In this document: positions 28,605 through 42,860 of the stretch, in pieces
How positions within the stretch are numbered: the stretch's first letter is position 1
Layout: the number at the start of each line of letters is the position of its first letter
From: Candidatus Dormiibacterota bacterium
GTDB taxonomy: Bacteria > Chloroflexota > Dormibacteria > Aeolococcales > Aeolococcaceae
Length of the DNA: 64,000 bases
NCBI GenBank assembly: GCA_963718525.1
Contig: OY970355.1
Location: 2,368,001-2,432,000 of the forward strand
Direction of reading: 5' to 3'
The notes under the pieces: model-generated
Databases searched by the model: none
Told to the model about the DNA's origin: nothing
The model's input: the letters and a program-made list of their open reading frames with translations, nothing else
Position numbers and translations under genes: made by a program

Positions 28605-29060
28605 CTATGGCCGCCAGGTGTTGCCGAGCACGCGCACCGCTCCGGCGCCGTCCTCCTCACAGCACGCGAGCAGCTCGGCGCCGATCGGTGGGTACATCTC
28701 GAGCTCGGCCAGCGCCCGGAGCGGGTGCCATCTCGCCTCACGGAGCGACTTGTCGTCAGCGCCGACCTCGAGGGTGCCGGCGCGCACGATCCCGGCGTAC
28801 ACGGCGTTGACGATGTGGCGGCCCCCGGGCTTCGGATCGATCGCTTCGCACACCAGCAGCAGACGGCCTATCTCGACGGTGTAACCGGTCTCTTCGAGGA
28901 GCTCTCGAGTGGCGGCAGCGACCATGGTCTCACCGGCGTCGACACCACCACCCGGCACGAGCCAGTAGGAGCGGCCGGCCTTTTCGTGCCGGACGAGGAG
29001 CACCTCACCCTCACGCCAGACGAGGACGCCGACGCGGAGGCGAATGGCGCGCTCGCTCAC
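28605..29060 (-). CDS. NUDIX hydrolase
   Basis: Nudix box GGGVDAGETMVAAATRELLEETG. Confidence 0.92.
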   Translation of the reverse strand: MSERAIRLRVGVLVWREGEVLLVRHEKAGRSYWLVPGGGVDAGETMVAAATRELLEETGYTVEIGRLLLVCEAIDPKPGGRHIVNAVYAGIVRAGTLEVGADDKSLREARWHPLRALAELEMYPPIGAELLACCEEDGAGAVRVLGNTWRP

Positions 29061-29106
29061 CGTGCCGATTATCCGGCCCGCACGCCGGCTGCGGCGGCCG
29101 CGACAC

Positions 29107-29157
29107 TTGACTCGAACATCCGTTCCCTGGTAGTGTCATGCCATGGAACATCCGTTC
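29107..29157 (+). promoter_or_regulatory. sigma70-type promoter with two LexA (SOS) boxes
   Basis: -35 TTGACT at 29107-29112, extended -10 TGgTAGTGT ending at 29136; GAACATCCGTTC at 29114-29125 and 29146-29157. Confidence 0.8.
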
Positions 29158-29168
29158 GGTGCAGGGAC

Positions 29169-29480
29169 GTGATCCAGGACAGCCTCGGCCCCAACCGCTT
29201 CTCGCGCCGGCCTGATCGCCTCGGCCGTCCGACGCGGCTCGCCCTCATCGTGGCCACCGCGGCAACCGGGCTCGTCGTCGTCGGCGGTGTGGCGTACGCG
29301 GGATCGTCGTCGACGACGACGAAAATCGTTGTCCATGCGGGCGATACCCTTTGGGGAATCGCCGCCGCGCACTATCCCGGAGCCGACATCGAGCAGTCGA
29401 TCTTCGAGATCGAGTCGGCCAATCACCTGAGCGGCGCGGCGATCAGGCCAGGCGAGACCCTGACCCTGCCGGCACCCTGA
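29169..29480 (+). CDS. LysM-domain membrane protein (YneA/ChiZ-like SOS division inhibitor candidate)
   Basis: One TM then VVHAGDTLWGIAA...IRPGETLTLP LysM domain. Confidence 0.82.
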   Translation: MIQDSLGPNRFSRRPDRLGRPTRLALIVATAATGLVVVGGVAYAGSSSTTTKIVVHAGDTLWGIAAAHYPGADIEQSIFEIESANHLSGAAIRPGETLTLPAP

Positions 29481-30387
29481 CCGGCCGCGGCACCACCGGC
29501 TCGTCGGTTGTCCTGCCGTCACCGACATCGTCGAGCCAGCGTGGCAGCCCCGATGGTCGCGGGCGCGGTGCATCGAGCCTGGGGCTCGAACCACCCCCAC
29601 CGCCGCCTCCGCCACTGTCATCCTCGCGGCCGTCGGATCCGGTGCTGAGCAGATTCATGAACACCACCCAGAATGCGGCGAACAGGGCGACCTTGCTGAC
29701 CAGCGCGATGCTCGCGCCCGCGATCTGTTGATCGGTCATTGCGTCAAGGCCGACGAGCTGCGGTCCACCTCCGTACCCCGGGTACAGCACGTGTCCCGCC
29801 AAAGCGACGAGCAGTCCGCCGAGAGTCTGCGGGATCGTCGCGAGCACGATGTAGCCGAGCTTGCCGAAACCCGTCAGCGCCCGAGCCGGCGGTGAGCACG
29901 GGGTGACGATCGGCCACCAGAACAGCACCGACACCAGCAGCAGCGTCGTTTGCATCAGGTCGTACAGCCACCAGTTGGCGAGCGCAGCGTCATACGCCGG
30001 CGTCAGGTGCCAGACGATGAAGCCCGCGTTCACCGCGACGATCGCAACCACGGGATGGACCGCGAGCCGCAGCGGCAGGGGCACCGAGCGAGGCGCGATC
30101 CCGGCGCGTCGCGGGAGCGACAGCAGGAGCAGCGCCGCCACCGGGCCCATCAGGATGAGCACCTGGATCAGGTGGGCCGCAAGCAGGTAGTGCTGGGCGA
30201 GCGTTGCCAGAGGGGACATCCAGATCCCGATGAGCAACACCACGGCGGCGACGAGCGCAAGGCTCCTGCCGCGGCTGATCGGCTCGGCGGATCGGCGGAT
30301 CACCCAGAAGCGGATGGCGATGACCAGGAGGATCAGACCCAGCAACAGTGGATCGACATTCAGGGCGGTTGCCGGCGGGCGAGCCAT
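29443..30387 (-). CDS. cytochrome c oxidase assembly protein (CtaG-like)
   Basis: SPL...AHLIQ, WHLTPAYDAAL, LFWWPI, DQQIAG. Confidence 0.8.
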   Translation of the reverse strand: MARPPATALNVDPLLLGLILLVIAIRFWVIRRSAEPISRGRSLALVAAVVLLIGIWMSPLATLAQHYLLAAHLIQVLILMGPVAALLLLSLPRRAGIAPRSVPLPLRLAVHPVVAIVAVNAGFIVWHLTPAYDAALANWWLYDLMQTTLLLVSVLFWWPIVTPCSPPARALTGFGKLGYIVLATIPQTLGGLLVALAGHVLYPGYGGGPQLVGLDAMTDQQIAGASIALVSKVALFAAFWVVFMNLLSTGSDGREDDSGGGGGGGGSSPRLDAPRPRPSGLPRWLDDVGDGRTTDEPVVPRPVRVPAGSGSRLA

Positions 30388-30450
30388 GATGCTCAACGCT
30401 ATCGCACCTCACGCAGTGCTGTCGCGACGCGGTACAAATGGAGCGCCGCC

Positions 30451-30918
30451 ATGCGCCCCATGATCACCCGACTGCGAACACGCGCCTACCAGTTCTCACT
30501 GAGGACCGGCAAGCCCCCGGACGACGTGCTCGGTGAGTTCGCGCAACGTCCGATGCCCGGCATCGCGGTCGCGGAGCGCGGACCCAACTACCTCGTGCTG
30601 CGGCCGCAGCAACGGCGGCGCTACGGCGGCGATGTTGCGGTGCTGCTCGGCCTGGCCATCGTGCTTGCTGTGCTCATCCTCACCGCGGTGACCCCGGTGT
30701 TGATCGTGCTGCTCCCGCTCGCGGTGCTCCCCGGAATCCCGCTGCTGATCGACAATCGTCCCGACCTTGCGATCAGTGCGGTGGCCGACGACCTCGGCGG
30801 CACGCGCGTAACCGTGCACGGGCAGGCAAGCTCGGAACTCGCGGCAGCGCTTGACGCATACCTCGGCTCACTTCCCCGTCTCACGCTGGAGAACATCGGG
30901 GGCGGCCCGCAGGGCTGA
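30451..30918 (+). CDS. hypothetical membrane protein
   Basis: ORF with a hydrophobic hairpin filling the gap between the CtaG-like gene and lexA. Confidence 0.6.
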   Translation: MRPMITRLRTRAYQFSLRTGKPPDDVLGEFAQRPMPGIAVAERGPNYLVLRPQQRRRYGGDVAVLLGLAIVLAVLILTAVTPVLIVLLPLAVLPGIPLLIDNRPDLAISAVADDLGGTRVTVHGQASSELAAALDAYLGSLPRLTLENIGGGPQG

Positions 30919-30935
30919 GCCGCGGACCCGAGCCC

Positions 30936-31571
30936 CTACTTGAGCAGGCGGATAACCGCGACGACGACGCCCTCGAGTTGCAAGTCGCGCGGGTAGATCG
31001 GCTCCATCGCTGCGTTCTCGGGTTGAAGCCGCACGCGTCCCGCCTCGCGGAAGAAGCGCTTGACGGTGACCTCACCCTCGCCCGACTCCTCGTTCTCGAT
31101 CCTGGCGACCACGATGGTTCCGTTGGCGGGCGCGTCGCGCCGCGGGCTGACGACGACGATGTCGCCGTCGTGGATCCCGGCGTCGATCATGCTCTCGCCG
31201 TGCACCGTGAGTGCGTACGAGTCGACGCCACCGGCAATCTCCGTGCCGACGTTCAGGTGCTCTTCAACGTTCTCCAGCGCCAGGATCGGCGTGCCCGCCG
31301 CGACGCGGCCGACGACGGGAAGGTTGACGACGTTGCTGTGACCGCGCGGGAACTCAGTGTCCACGATCTCAACCGTTCGCGACTTTGCAGGGTCGCGGGT
31401 GATGTATCCACGGGTTTCGAGCGTGTTCAAGTGGTTCTGCACGGTTGAGGACGAACTGAGGCCGACCGCGCGACCGATCTCGCGAACCGTGGGCGGGTAG
31501 GAGTGATCGCGGCTGTGATCTCGAAGAAAGTCGAGGATTTGACGCTGCCGCGGGTTCAGGGTGTCAGGCAT
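30936..31571 (-). CDS. lexA: SOS repressor LexA
   Basis: YPPTVREIG, GRVAAG cleavage site, GESM, TVKRF. Confidence 0.97.
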   Translation of the reverse strand: MPDTLNPRQRQILDFLRDHSRDHSYPPTVREIGRAVGLSSSSTVQNHLNTLETRGYITRDPAKSRTVEIVDTEFPRGHSNVVNLPVVGRVAAGTPILALENVEEHLNVGTEIAGGVDSYALTVHGESMIDAGIHDGDIVVVSPRRDAPANGTIVVARIENEESGEGEVTVKRFFREAGRVRLQPENAAMEPIYPRDLQLEGVVVAVIRLLK

Positions 31572-31637
31572 CGCTTTGAAACATCCTCCAGCCAAAGCTT
31601 GGGCGTGCGGAATGTAGCACGCGCCTGGAAAAAATGC

Positions 31638-31649
31638 AAACGGATGTTC
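31638..31649 (-). promoter_or_regulatory. LexA box upstream of lexA
   Basis: GAACATCCGTTT on the - strand, about 70 bp upstream of the ATG. Confidence 0.7.
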
Positions 31650-31653
31650 TGCC

Positions 31654-32613
31654 TCACCTCGAACCCTCGCCGGAACGGGGCTCGGCTTCGGCAGCTCCGA
31701 CCAGGTTGAGCACCTCGCCGACCAGCTGGTCGAAGCCGATGAGGTCGGGACGGAACCACGTGATCCGGCTGTCGCGGCGGAACCAGGTGCGCTGCGCCCT
31801 CGCGTATCGGAGCGTCCGCCGCATCGTCGCCTGCATCGCGGCCTCCAGGTCGATATGGCCCTCGATGAGGTCCAGCGCCTCGCTGTATCCGATGCCGCAG
31901 GAGCCGATGACTGCGCGATCCAGACCCCGCCCGAGCAGCCATCGCACCTCGTCCTGGATCCCTCCGCTGTCGAACATCCCTGCGATTCGGTGCTCGATCC
32001 AGCGGGCGTGGACAGGACGGGCGACGTCGAGTCCGATCATCACCGCGGGCCGGGGAGTACCGCGCTTGCGCGCGGCGATGACTGACCCCCCCTTTGCGTC
32101 GAGAATCTCGAGGGCTCGGATCACCCGGCGTGGATTGCGCTGATCGATCTGGGGGGCACCGGCCGGGTCCCGCCGGCGCAGCTCGGCGGCGAGCGTCTCC
32201 AGGCCCTCGGGGGTTGCAGCCAGCTCGGAACGGTCCGCGCGCCGCACCGGGTCCGGTGGCACCTGGGCGAGATCGAAGCCGTCGATCAGGGCGGTGACGT
32301 AGAGGCCGGTCCCTCCGGCCACGACAGCCCGGGTCCCGGCGCGATCGAGCCGCTCCAGGCTGCGCCGCGCGGCCATGAGCCAATCGGCGACGGTGAACGT
32401 CTCGCCGGGGTCGCAGAGATCCAGCAGATGGCAGCGCACGCCGTGCAACTCCGACGGCCTGGGCGCACAGGTGCCGACACGAAGCCCCCGGCGCACCTGT
32501 CGCGAGTCCGCGTTGAGCATCTCCGCCGGAGCGAGCCGTTGAGCGGCTGCCACCGCGAGCGCCGTCTTGCCGGAGCAGGTTGGGCCGACGACAACCAGGA
32601 GCGGGTGGCTCAC
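31654..32613 (-). CDS. miaA: tRNA dimethylallyltransferase
   Basis: GPTCSGKT, NADSRQV, GGTGLY, YARAQRTWFR. Confidence 0.94.
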   Translation of the reverse strand: MSHPLLVVVGPTCSGKTALAVAAAQRLAPAEMLNADSRQVRRGLRVGTCAPRPSELHGVRCHLLDLCDPGETFTVADWLMAARRSLERLDRAGTRAVVAGGTGLYVTALIDGFDLAQVPPDPVRRADRSELAATPEGLETLAAELRRRDPAGAPQIDQRNPRRVIRALEILDAKGGSVIAARKRGTPRPAVMIGLDVARPVHARWIEHRIAGMFDSGGIQDEVRWLLGRGLDRAVIGSCGIGYSEALDLIEGHIDLEAAMQATMRRTLRYARAQRTWFRRDSRITWFRPDLIGFDQLVGEVLNLVGAAEAEPRSGEGSR

Positions 32614-34354
32614 CGCGACGGTCTCCGGAAGGCCCGGCGAAGCGTCGCGTCGTCGAGCACGACGACCGACGGACGCCCGTGCGGGCAGGTGGTGCCGCCG
32701 GGGGTCGCCACCAGCTGGTTGAGCAGGCGCTGCTGGGCGACGATGTCGAGCCGGTCGCCGAAGCGAACCGCTGCATGGCATGCGACCAGTGCCGCGAGGC
32801 GATGATGCCGCTCCTCGGTGCCTGCGTCGCGCTCGTCGATGCGGTCGATCAGCTCGGCGACCAATGCCTCGGGGTCTGCCCCCGCGGCCGCCAGCGGCAC
32901 GGCGGTGCAGCGGACCGCCCCCGGGCCGAAGGGTTCGATGCTGAACCCGCACCGCGAGAAAAAGTCATGTTCGGCAGCAACTTGAGCGGCTCGAGCCGGT
33001 CCGCATTCCAGCACCACGGGCATCAGCAGCAGTTGCGAACCCGAAGCTTCCGGCGTGCTCTGACGCCAGCGCGCCAGCAGCTCCGTGTACAGGACCTTCT
33101 CGTGCGCGGCGTGAGGATCGACGAGGACCACCGCGTCGCCGGCTGTCGCGACGAGAAAGCCGCTGCCTGCCTGCCCGAGCGCATCCATCTGCAGGAGCGC
33201 CGTCGCATCGCCAGCGGCGCCGGCCGGTGTGGCGTTGCCTGGGGACCAACCGCCAGCGGGGTCCTGCGGCGGCGCGATGGGCCGGCCGATGATCGCCATG
33301 TCACCGTCACCCATTTCGAGCGGTCCGCTCCCGAATCCCCCCCGGAGGCGGTCTCCGCCAAGCGCAGGTGCCGCACGCAATGTGGCCCAGCACGCGCGCT
33401 GCACCGCGCTGAACACCGCACGGTCGTCGCTGAATCGCACCTCGCGCTTCGCCGGGTGCACGTTCACGTCGACGGCGCCTGCCGGCACGTCCACGGCCAC
33501 CACGCCATAGCCGTGGCGGCCGCCGGGGACGAGCCCTCGGTACAACTCATCAATCGCGGCGAGCAGCGCCCGATTGTGTACGAGGCGGCGGTTCACGATG
33601 AGCACGAGGCCGCCCCGGGTTGCGCGGTGTGCGTGCGGTGACGAGATCGCTCCGCCGACGGCGATGTCCCCGGGCGCGTCCACGTCGAGCAGGTCGCGCG
33701 CGGCGCGGGTGCCGATCACCGCACGCATCGCGTCGCGCAACGTCCCACCGGAGGTGCGCAGCACCACACGCGAGTCGTTGGTGCACGTGAACGCCACCTC
33801 GGGGTGCGTGATCGCGAGGTCGCCGGCGACCCGCACGGCAGCGCTCGCCTCGGTTGCCACCGAACGCAGGAACCGCAGGCGGGCCGGTGACGTGGCGAAC
33901 AGCTCGCAGACCTCCACACGTGTCCCGGGGGCGCTCGCCGCCGCGGTGCGGGCGAGCACGTCACCGTTGCGGAGGTGGAGCATGGCCCCACCGACGGTGT
34001 CTCGCGTGCGCGTGGTGAGGCGCAACTCCGCAACGGCAGCGATGCTCGCCAATGCCTCGCCGCGAAAGCCGAGGGTGCGCACATACGCGATGTCGTCGGC
34101 GACAGCGATCTTCGAGGTGGCGTGTCGCTCCACGGCGAGCTCCAGGTCGTCGCTCGCAATTCCCGCGCCGTCGTCGGTCACGGTGATGCGAACCAGTCCC
34201 CCGCCTTCGATGGTGATGTCGATCCGGCTCGCGCCGGCGTCGAGCGCGTTCTCCACGAGCTCCTTGAGCACCGACGCCGGCCGTTCGATGACCTCACCGG
34301 CGGCGATGGCGTCTGCGACAACCTGAGGGAGGCGGCGGATGGGTGCGACGGCAA

Positions 34355-34358
<4 letters not shown>
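32610..34358 (-). CDS. mutL: DNA mismatch repair endonuclease MutL
   Basis: IAAGEVIERPASVLKELVENALDAGA, GFRGEALASI, DVNVHPAKREV, CPHGRP. Confidence 0.97.
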
Positions 34359-38394
<4,036 letters not shown>

Positions 38395-38445
38395 CGTCGA
38401 AGCCTAGCAGTGTGCCCGGGCAGCCAATCGGCGCCCCCTGATGCG

Positions 38446-38760
38446 TTAGCGGACTTCGACGACCAAACGGATTCCGGTGCGTTCCTCACCGTCGATGGAG
38501 ATGTCGATGAAGGACGGAATGCAGACCAGGTCAAGCCCGCCGGGCGCCACGTAACCGCGCGAGATCGCGATCGCCTTGATCGCCTGGTTGATGGCCCCGG
38601 CGCCGATGGCCTGGACCTCGACCCGCTTCTGCGTGCGGACGACGCCGGCAATCGCACCGGCGACGGCGACTGGCTTGCTCGTTGCTGAGACTTTGAGAAT
38701 TTCCAATGGGGGTGTCACCCCGGGGGCGTCATGTGAGGGCGGTGAGTAGGACGTGGTCAT
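38446..38760 (-). CDS. spoVS: stage V sporulation protein S family
   Basis: EILKVSATSKPVAVAGAIAG...QAIGAGAINQAIKAIAISRG; start either 38760 or TTG 38706. Confidence 0.93.
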   Translation of the reverse strand: MTTSYSPPSHDAPGVTPPLEILKVSATSKPVAVAGAIAGVVRTQKRVEVQAIGAGAINQAIKAIAISRGYVAPGGLDLVCIPSFIDISIDGEERTGIRLVVEVR

Positions 38761-38818
38761 TATCGGCCGCGATTGTCGCCTCCCGCAGCGCAGCGCACGG
38801 GGCGGCGCGATGCAATCG

Positions 38819-40360
38819 TTACTTGGCGTACTCGACGCTGCGGGTTTCGCGCAGGACGACCACCTTGACGCGTCCGCTGTAGCTCCCCTCGCCGTGGAGA
38901 CGCTTTGCAATCTGGCGCGCCATGATCTGCGCCTCATCGTCGCTGATCTCGTCCGGCTTGACGAGAACGCGCAACTCCTTGCCCGCCAGCACGGCAAAGC
39001 TGCGCTCCACCCCGCGGAACTCGTTGGAGATCGCCTCGATGCGTTCGAGCCGTTTGATCGTCGAGGCGAGCGACTCCCTGCGGGCACCCGGTCGTGCAGC
39101 GCTGATCGCGTCCGCCGTCATGAGGATTGCCGCCGCAGGCGATCGCGGCTCCTCGTCGTAGTGATGCGAGCGCACCGCCTGAACGACTGCCGCCGGCCGC
39201 CCGAGCCGGGCGAGGATCTCGCCCCCGACGATCGCGTGAGGACCATCGACGTCATGCTCGACCGCCTTGCCGATGTCGTGGAAGAGCGCCGCCTCCTTGG
39301 CGATCTGCTCGTCGAAGCCGATCTCCGCGGCGATCATCCCGGCGAGCGCGGCGGTGTCCTGGCTGTGCGAGAGGACGTTGTGGCCGTACGAGTTCCGGTA
39401 GCGCAGCGTGCCCAGCAGCCTGGCGAGCTCGGGGTGGACGTTGGTGAGCCCGATGTCCTGGCACGCCTGCTCGCCCTCCTGCTTGATCTGTTGCGCGAGC
39501 TCGTTGCGAGCCTTGACCACCATCTCCTCGATGCGCGCGGGATGGATGCGTCCGTCGCTGAAGAGGCGTTCGAGCGTGGCCCGGGCGACCTCGCGTCGCA
39601 CCGGGTCGAAGGAGCTGAGCACGATCGCTTCGGGAGTGTCGTCGACGATCACGTCCACCCCGGTGGCCGCCTCGAGCGCGCGGATGTTCCGTCCCTCGCG
39701 GCCGATGATCCTCCCCTTGAGCTCATCCGAGGGCAGGTGAACCACCGTCACCGACGCCTCGCCGCTCTGCTCGGAAGCCTGGCGCTGCATGGCGGCGATG
39801 AGAATCTCGCGACTGCGCTCCGCCGCCTCCTCGCGCACCTGCACCTCGGCGTGCCGGATCCGCTCGGCGATCTCGGGAACCAGCTCGCCCTCGACACTCC
39901 GCACGACCTCGACCCGCGCCTCCTGCTCGGAGAGTGCCGCGACCCGCTCCAGTTCCCTGGTGATGAGCGCACGCTCATCCTCGACGGTCTGACGCAGCAC
40001 CTCGAGCTCCGCCTCGCGGCGGGTCAGCCGCTGCTCGTTGGAGTCGAGCTCGCGGAGCCGGCGCTCGAGCCCCTCCTCGCGCTGGTTGGTGCGTTGCTCG
40101 AGCCGCGCGATCTCCGCCCGGCGGTCGCGAACCTCTGCTTCGGCCTCGTCGCGCCGGCGGGCCGCCTCCTCCTTCGCGGCCAGCAGCACCGACTTCGCTT
40201 CCTGCTCGGTTGCTCGAACCTGTTCGAGACGGCGCTCAGCATCAGCGTCGTGCGTGACGCGGCTCTGCGCCACCGATTTGCGTGCGTAGAGGAGTGCTGC
40301 AACCGCAAACGCGGCCGCAACAATCACCAGCCCTACCAGGGCGAGGATCTCGATGCCGAT
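38819..40360 (-). CDS. rny: ribonuclease Y
   Basis: N-terminal TM, coiled coil, KH (KGRIIGREGRNIR), HD domain; start proposed at ATC 40360 (alternative GTG 40327). Confidence 0.96.
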   Translation of the reverse strand: MGIEILALVGLVIVAAAFAVAALLYARKSVAQSRVTHDADAERRLEQVRATEQEAKSVLLAAKEEAARRRDEAEAEVRDRRAEIARLEQRTNQREEGLERRLRELDSNEQRLTRREAELEVLRQTVEDERALITRELERVAALSEQEARVEVVRSVEGELVPEIAERIRHAEVQVREEAAERSREILIAAMQRQASEQSGEASVTVVHLPSDELKGRIIGREGRNIRALEAATGVDVIVDDTPEAIVLSSFDPVRREVARATLERLFSDGRIHPARIEEMVVKARNELAQQIKQEGEQACQDIGLTNVHPELARLLGTLRYRNSYGHNVLSHSQDTAALAGMIAAEIGFDEQIAKEAALFHDIGKAVEHDVDGPHAIVGGEILARLGRPAAVVQAVRSHHYDEEPRSPAAAILMTADAISAARPGARRESLASTIKRLERIEAISNEFRGVERSFAVLAGKELRVLVKPDEISDDEAQIMARQIAKRLHGEGSYSGRVKVVVLRETRSVEYAK

Positions 40361-40576
40361 GGGATGGAACCTCGGAGGTCGGGCGCGGTGCGCCCTGCTT
40401 GAAATGCCTCACGTCGGGAAGGGGACCGGGGCGAGACCCACAACGTCTCGAGAATCCGGTCGGGGCCGGCCCGCTTCTGGCCGGTCGTTCACGACGGAAG
40501 ACACTCCCATTGTACGAGCCAAAACGGCTTACTCGCATGCTTCGATCAATGACACGTGGCGGGCTACCCTAGACAC

Positions 40577-41863
40577 ATGGCTGATACGGAGGTCGCCAGC
40601 TTGGTCGAGGCGTCTGGCGATGATGAGCTGCGCAATACCGCTCCGCGAGCGATTGGAGCGTTGCTTATCGCCACCGGCCTGCTCCGGGTGGGATCGGTGG
40701 GAGTGGGTGTGGCGGTCCAGTTCCGGCTCAGTGACCTGTCGGGTGGGAGACCGAGCGCGGTCAATATCGGCTTGGTTGGTGCAGCTCAGGCAGCGACCGA
40801 GATGGTGTTCGCGCCGATCCTGGCGCGCTACGCGGATCGATTCGGCCGCCGGCGGTTCCTGGTGGCCGGTCCGATTGTTTGCGTCGTGGCCGTGCTCCTG
40901 GTCGCGCTCGGCGTGCGTCCGGCTGAGCTGGGCGGGGCACGGCTTCTCGAGGGCCTCGGCGCCGCTGCCTTCGTGCCGGTCGCGTTGGGCACGATCGCCG
41001 CCGCCACCTCGGCCGATCGCAAGCGTCGCGCAGGAGCCAGCGGCGCCTTCGAAGCCTCGACGCTGATCGGCTACGCGGGCGGGTTCGGGCTGGGCTCAGT
41101 CGCGTACTTCGGGTTGCATCGCTGGGCCTTCGTCCTGCTCGCCGGCCTGTATGCCTGCGCAGCAATCGTCTGCCTGCTCTTCGTGCCGCGCGTCCCCCCG
41201 CTGCCGGTGCACTCCCTGCGTGTGGTCCTCCGGGCCGCGGTCGGGCCGGGGCCGATGCGGACGTTCCTCCCGGCGTGGATCATGTCGTTCGCGCTCATCG
41301 GAGCGTTCGTTGCCAACCTGCCCTCGCTGCTGCGCCACCAGGCGGTCGCCTCACAGTCATTGATGCATCACTTCGATGTGCGCGTGATCGGCCTGTTCCT
41401 GATCGGCTGGGTCGCGGTGTTCCTGGTCGGCATCATCCTGTGGACGCCCTCGGTCGCCCGCCTCGGTCCGGCAATCGTGATGCGGCGAGCAGTGCCGGGA
41501 GCCTGGCTCACCATGGTTGCGCTGCTTGCGATCAACCATCTGCACTCAGTCGGCATCGTGCTGGTCGTGCCGTTCCTGGTGCTCGGCATCCTCTGGCTCG
41601 CAGGTTTCGGTCCGGCCGCGGTGACCTACCTCGCCGATTGCTCGGAGAGTCTGAGCGCGGATCGCTCGGCGCTCATGTCCTTCTATACCGTGGCGCTCGC
41701 GGGCGGCGGTGCGCTCGGAGCAGTGATCGGTGGTTTTGCCGCGCACCTGCTCTACGTCGACGGTCTGGTCATCCTGGGGCTCCTGCTTGCGACCGCGACG
41801 TTCTTCACGCTCGGCCCGGTGGTGCGCTTCGCGCGTATCGCCAACGGCGCGGCTGGCGCCTGA
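40577..41863 (+). CDS. MFS transporter
   Basis: ADRFGRRRF motif A; about 12 hydrophobic segments. Confidence 0.88.
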   Translation: MADTEVASLVEASGDDELRNTAPRAIGALLIATGLLRVGSVGVGVAVQFRLSDLSGGRPSAVNIGLVGAAQAATEMVFAPILARYADRFGRRRFLVAGPIVCVVAVLLVALGVRPAELGGARLLEGLGAAAFVPVALGTIAAATSADRKRRAGASGAFEASTLIGYAGGFGLGSVAYFGLHRWAFVLLAGLYACAAIVCLLFVPRVPPLPVHSLRVVLRAAVGPGPMRTFLPAWIMSFALIGAFVANLPSLLRHQAVASQSLMHHFDVRVIGLFLIGWVAVFLVGIILWTPSVARLGPAIVMRRAVPGAWLTMVALLAINHLHSVGIVLVVPFLVLGILWLAGFGPAAVTYLADCSESLSADRSALMSFYTVALAGGGALGAVIGGFAAHLLYVDGLVILGLLLATATFFTLGPVVRFARIANGAAGA

Positions 41864-41872
41864 TCCCGGCCG

Positions 41873-42844
41873 CTACCAGGCCCAGACCTCCGGAGCCGGC
41901 CCCGGACCGGGGAAGATCGTGTCCAGCTGCTCGAGAGTTGCATCATCGAGGTCGACCTCCAGCGCATGCAGGTTGCTCTGGAACTGTTCGACGGTCCGTG
42001 GCCCCACGATCGGTCCGGTGACGCCAGGCCGGCGGAGCAGCCATGCGAGCGCAACCGCCGAAGGATGCTCGCCGATCTGCGCGCAGAGCGCCTCGTAGCG
42101 CTCGATCTTCTCGCGGTGCTTGGTGAGCAGGTTTTGCGTGGTCTCCGACGCGGAGCGTCCGGTGTCGCGCTGCTTGGCCAGGATGCCGCCGAGCAGACCG
42201 CGCATCAACGGGCTCCAGGCGATGATGCCGACCCCATAGTGCTGGGCGGCCGGCACCACCTCCTCCTCCGCGTGGCGCTCGACGAGGTTGTACAGGCACT
42301 GCTCGCTCACGAGCCCGAGGAAGTGACGGGATCGAGCCACCTCCTGAGCCTGCGCGATCGTCCAGCCCGCGAAGTTCGATGAGCCGACATAGATGATCTT
42401 GCCCTGCCGGACGAGCACCTCCATCGCCTCCCAGATCTCGTCGAACGGCGTGCTCCTGTCGACGTGGTGCATCTGGTACAGGTCGATGTGATCGGTCTGC
42501 AGGCGGCGCAGCGATGCTTCGCACGCGTTCCGGATGTTGCGGGCGGACAGGAACGTGTCGTTGGGCCAGTCGCTCATCGATCCGTAGAGCTTGGTGGCGA
42601 TGACGACCTTCTCGCGACGTCCGCCACCCTGCGCGAACCACCTGCCGACGATCTGCTCGGTGATCCCTTCGCCCTTCTTCCAGCCGTAGACGTTGGCGGT
42701 GTCGAAGAAGTTGAGTTCCGCGTCGAGTGCGGCGTCCATGATCTGGTGCGAGGTGGCTTCGTCCGTCTCCGGGCCGAAGTTCATGGTGCCGAGGCACAGC
42801 CGGCTGACAGAGAGGCCGGAACGGCCGAGATGTGTGTATTCCAT
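41873..42844 (-). CDS. aldo/keto reductase
   Basis: LGTMNFG, FDTANVYG, SLRRLQTDHIDLYQMH, WSPL. Confidence 0.95.
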   Translation of the reverse strand: MEYTHLGRSGLSVSRLCLGTMNFGPETDEATSHQIMDAALDAELNFFDTANVYGWKKGEGITEQIVGRWFAQGGGRREKVVIATKLYGSMSDWPNDTFLSARNIRNACEASLRRLQTDHIDLYQMHHVDRSTPFDEIWEAMEVLVRQGKIIYVGSSNFAGWTIAQAQEVARSRHFLGLVSEQCLYNLVERHAEEEVVPAAQHYGVGIIAWSPLMRGLLGGILAKQRDTGRSASETTQNLLTKHREKIERYEALCAQIGEHPSAVALAWLLRRPGVTGPIVGPRTVEQFQSNLHALEVDLDDATLEQLDTIFPGPGPAPEVWAW

Positions 42845-42860
42845 CCGGCGAGTTTGACAG

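Noticed and set aside
29114-29157. Mini-CRISPR from the 12-bp direct repeat
   Set aside because: Only two short copies, no cas genes, and it matches a LexA box
38446-38760. spoVS as evidence of endosporulation
   Set aside because: SpoVS occurs widely in non-sporulating bacteria and no other sporulation genes are in the window
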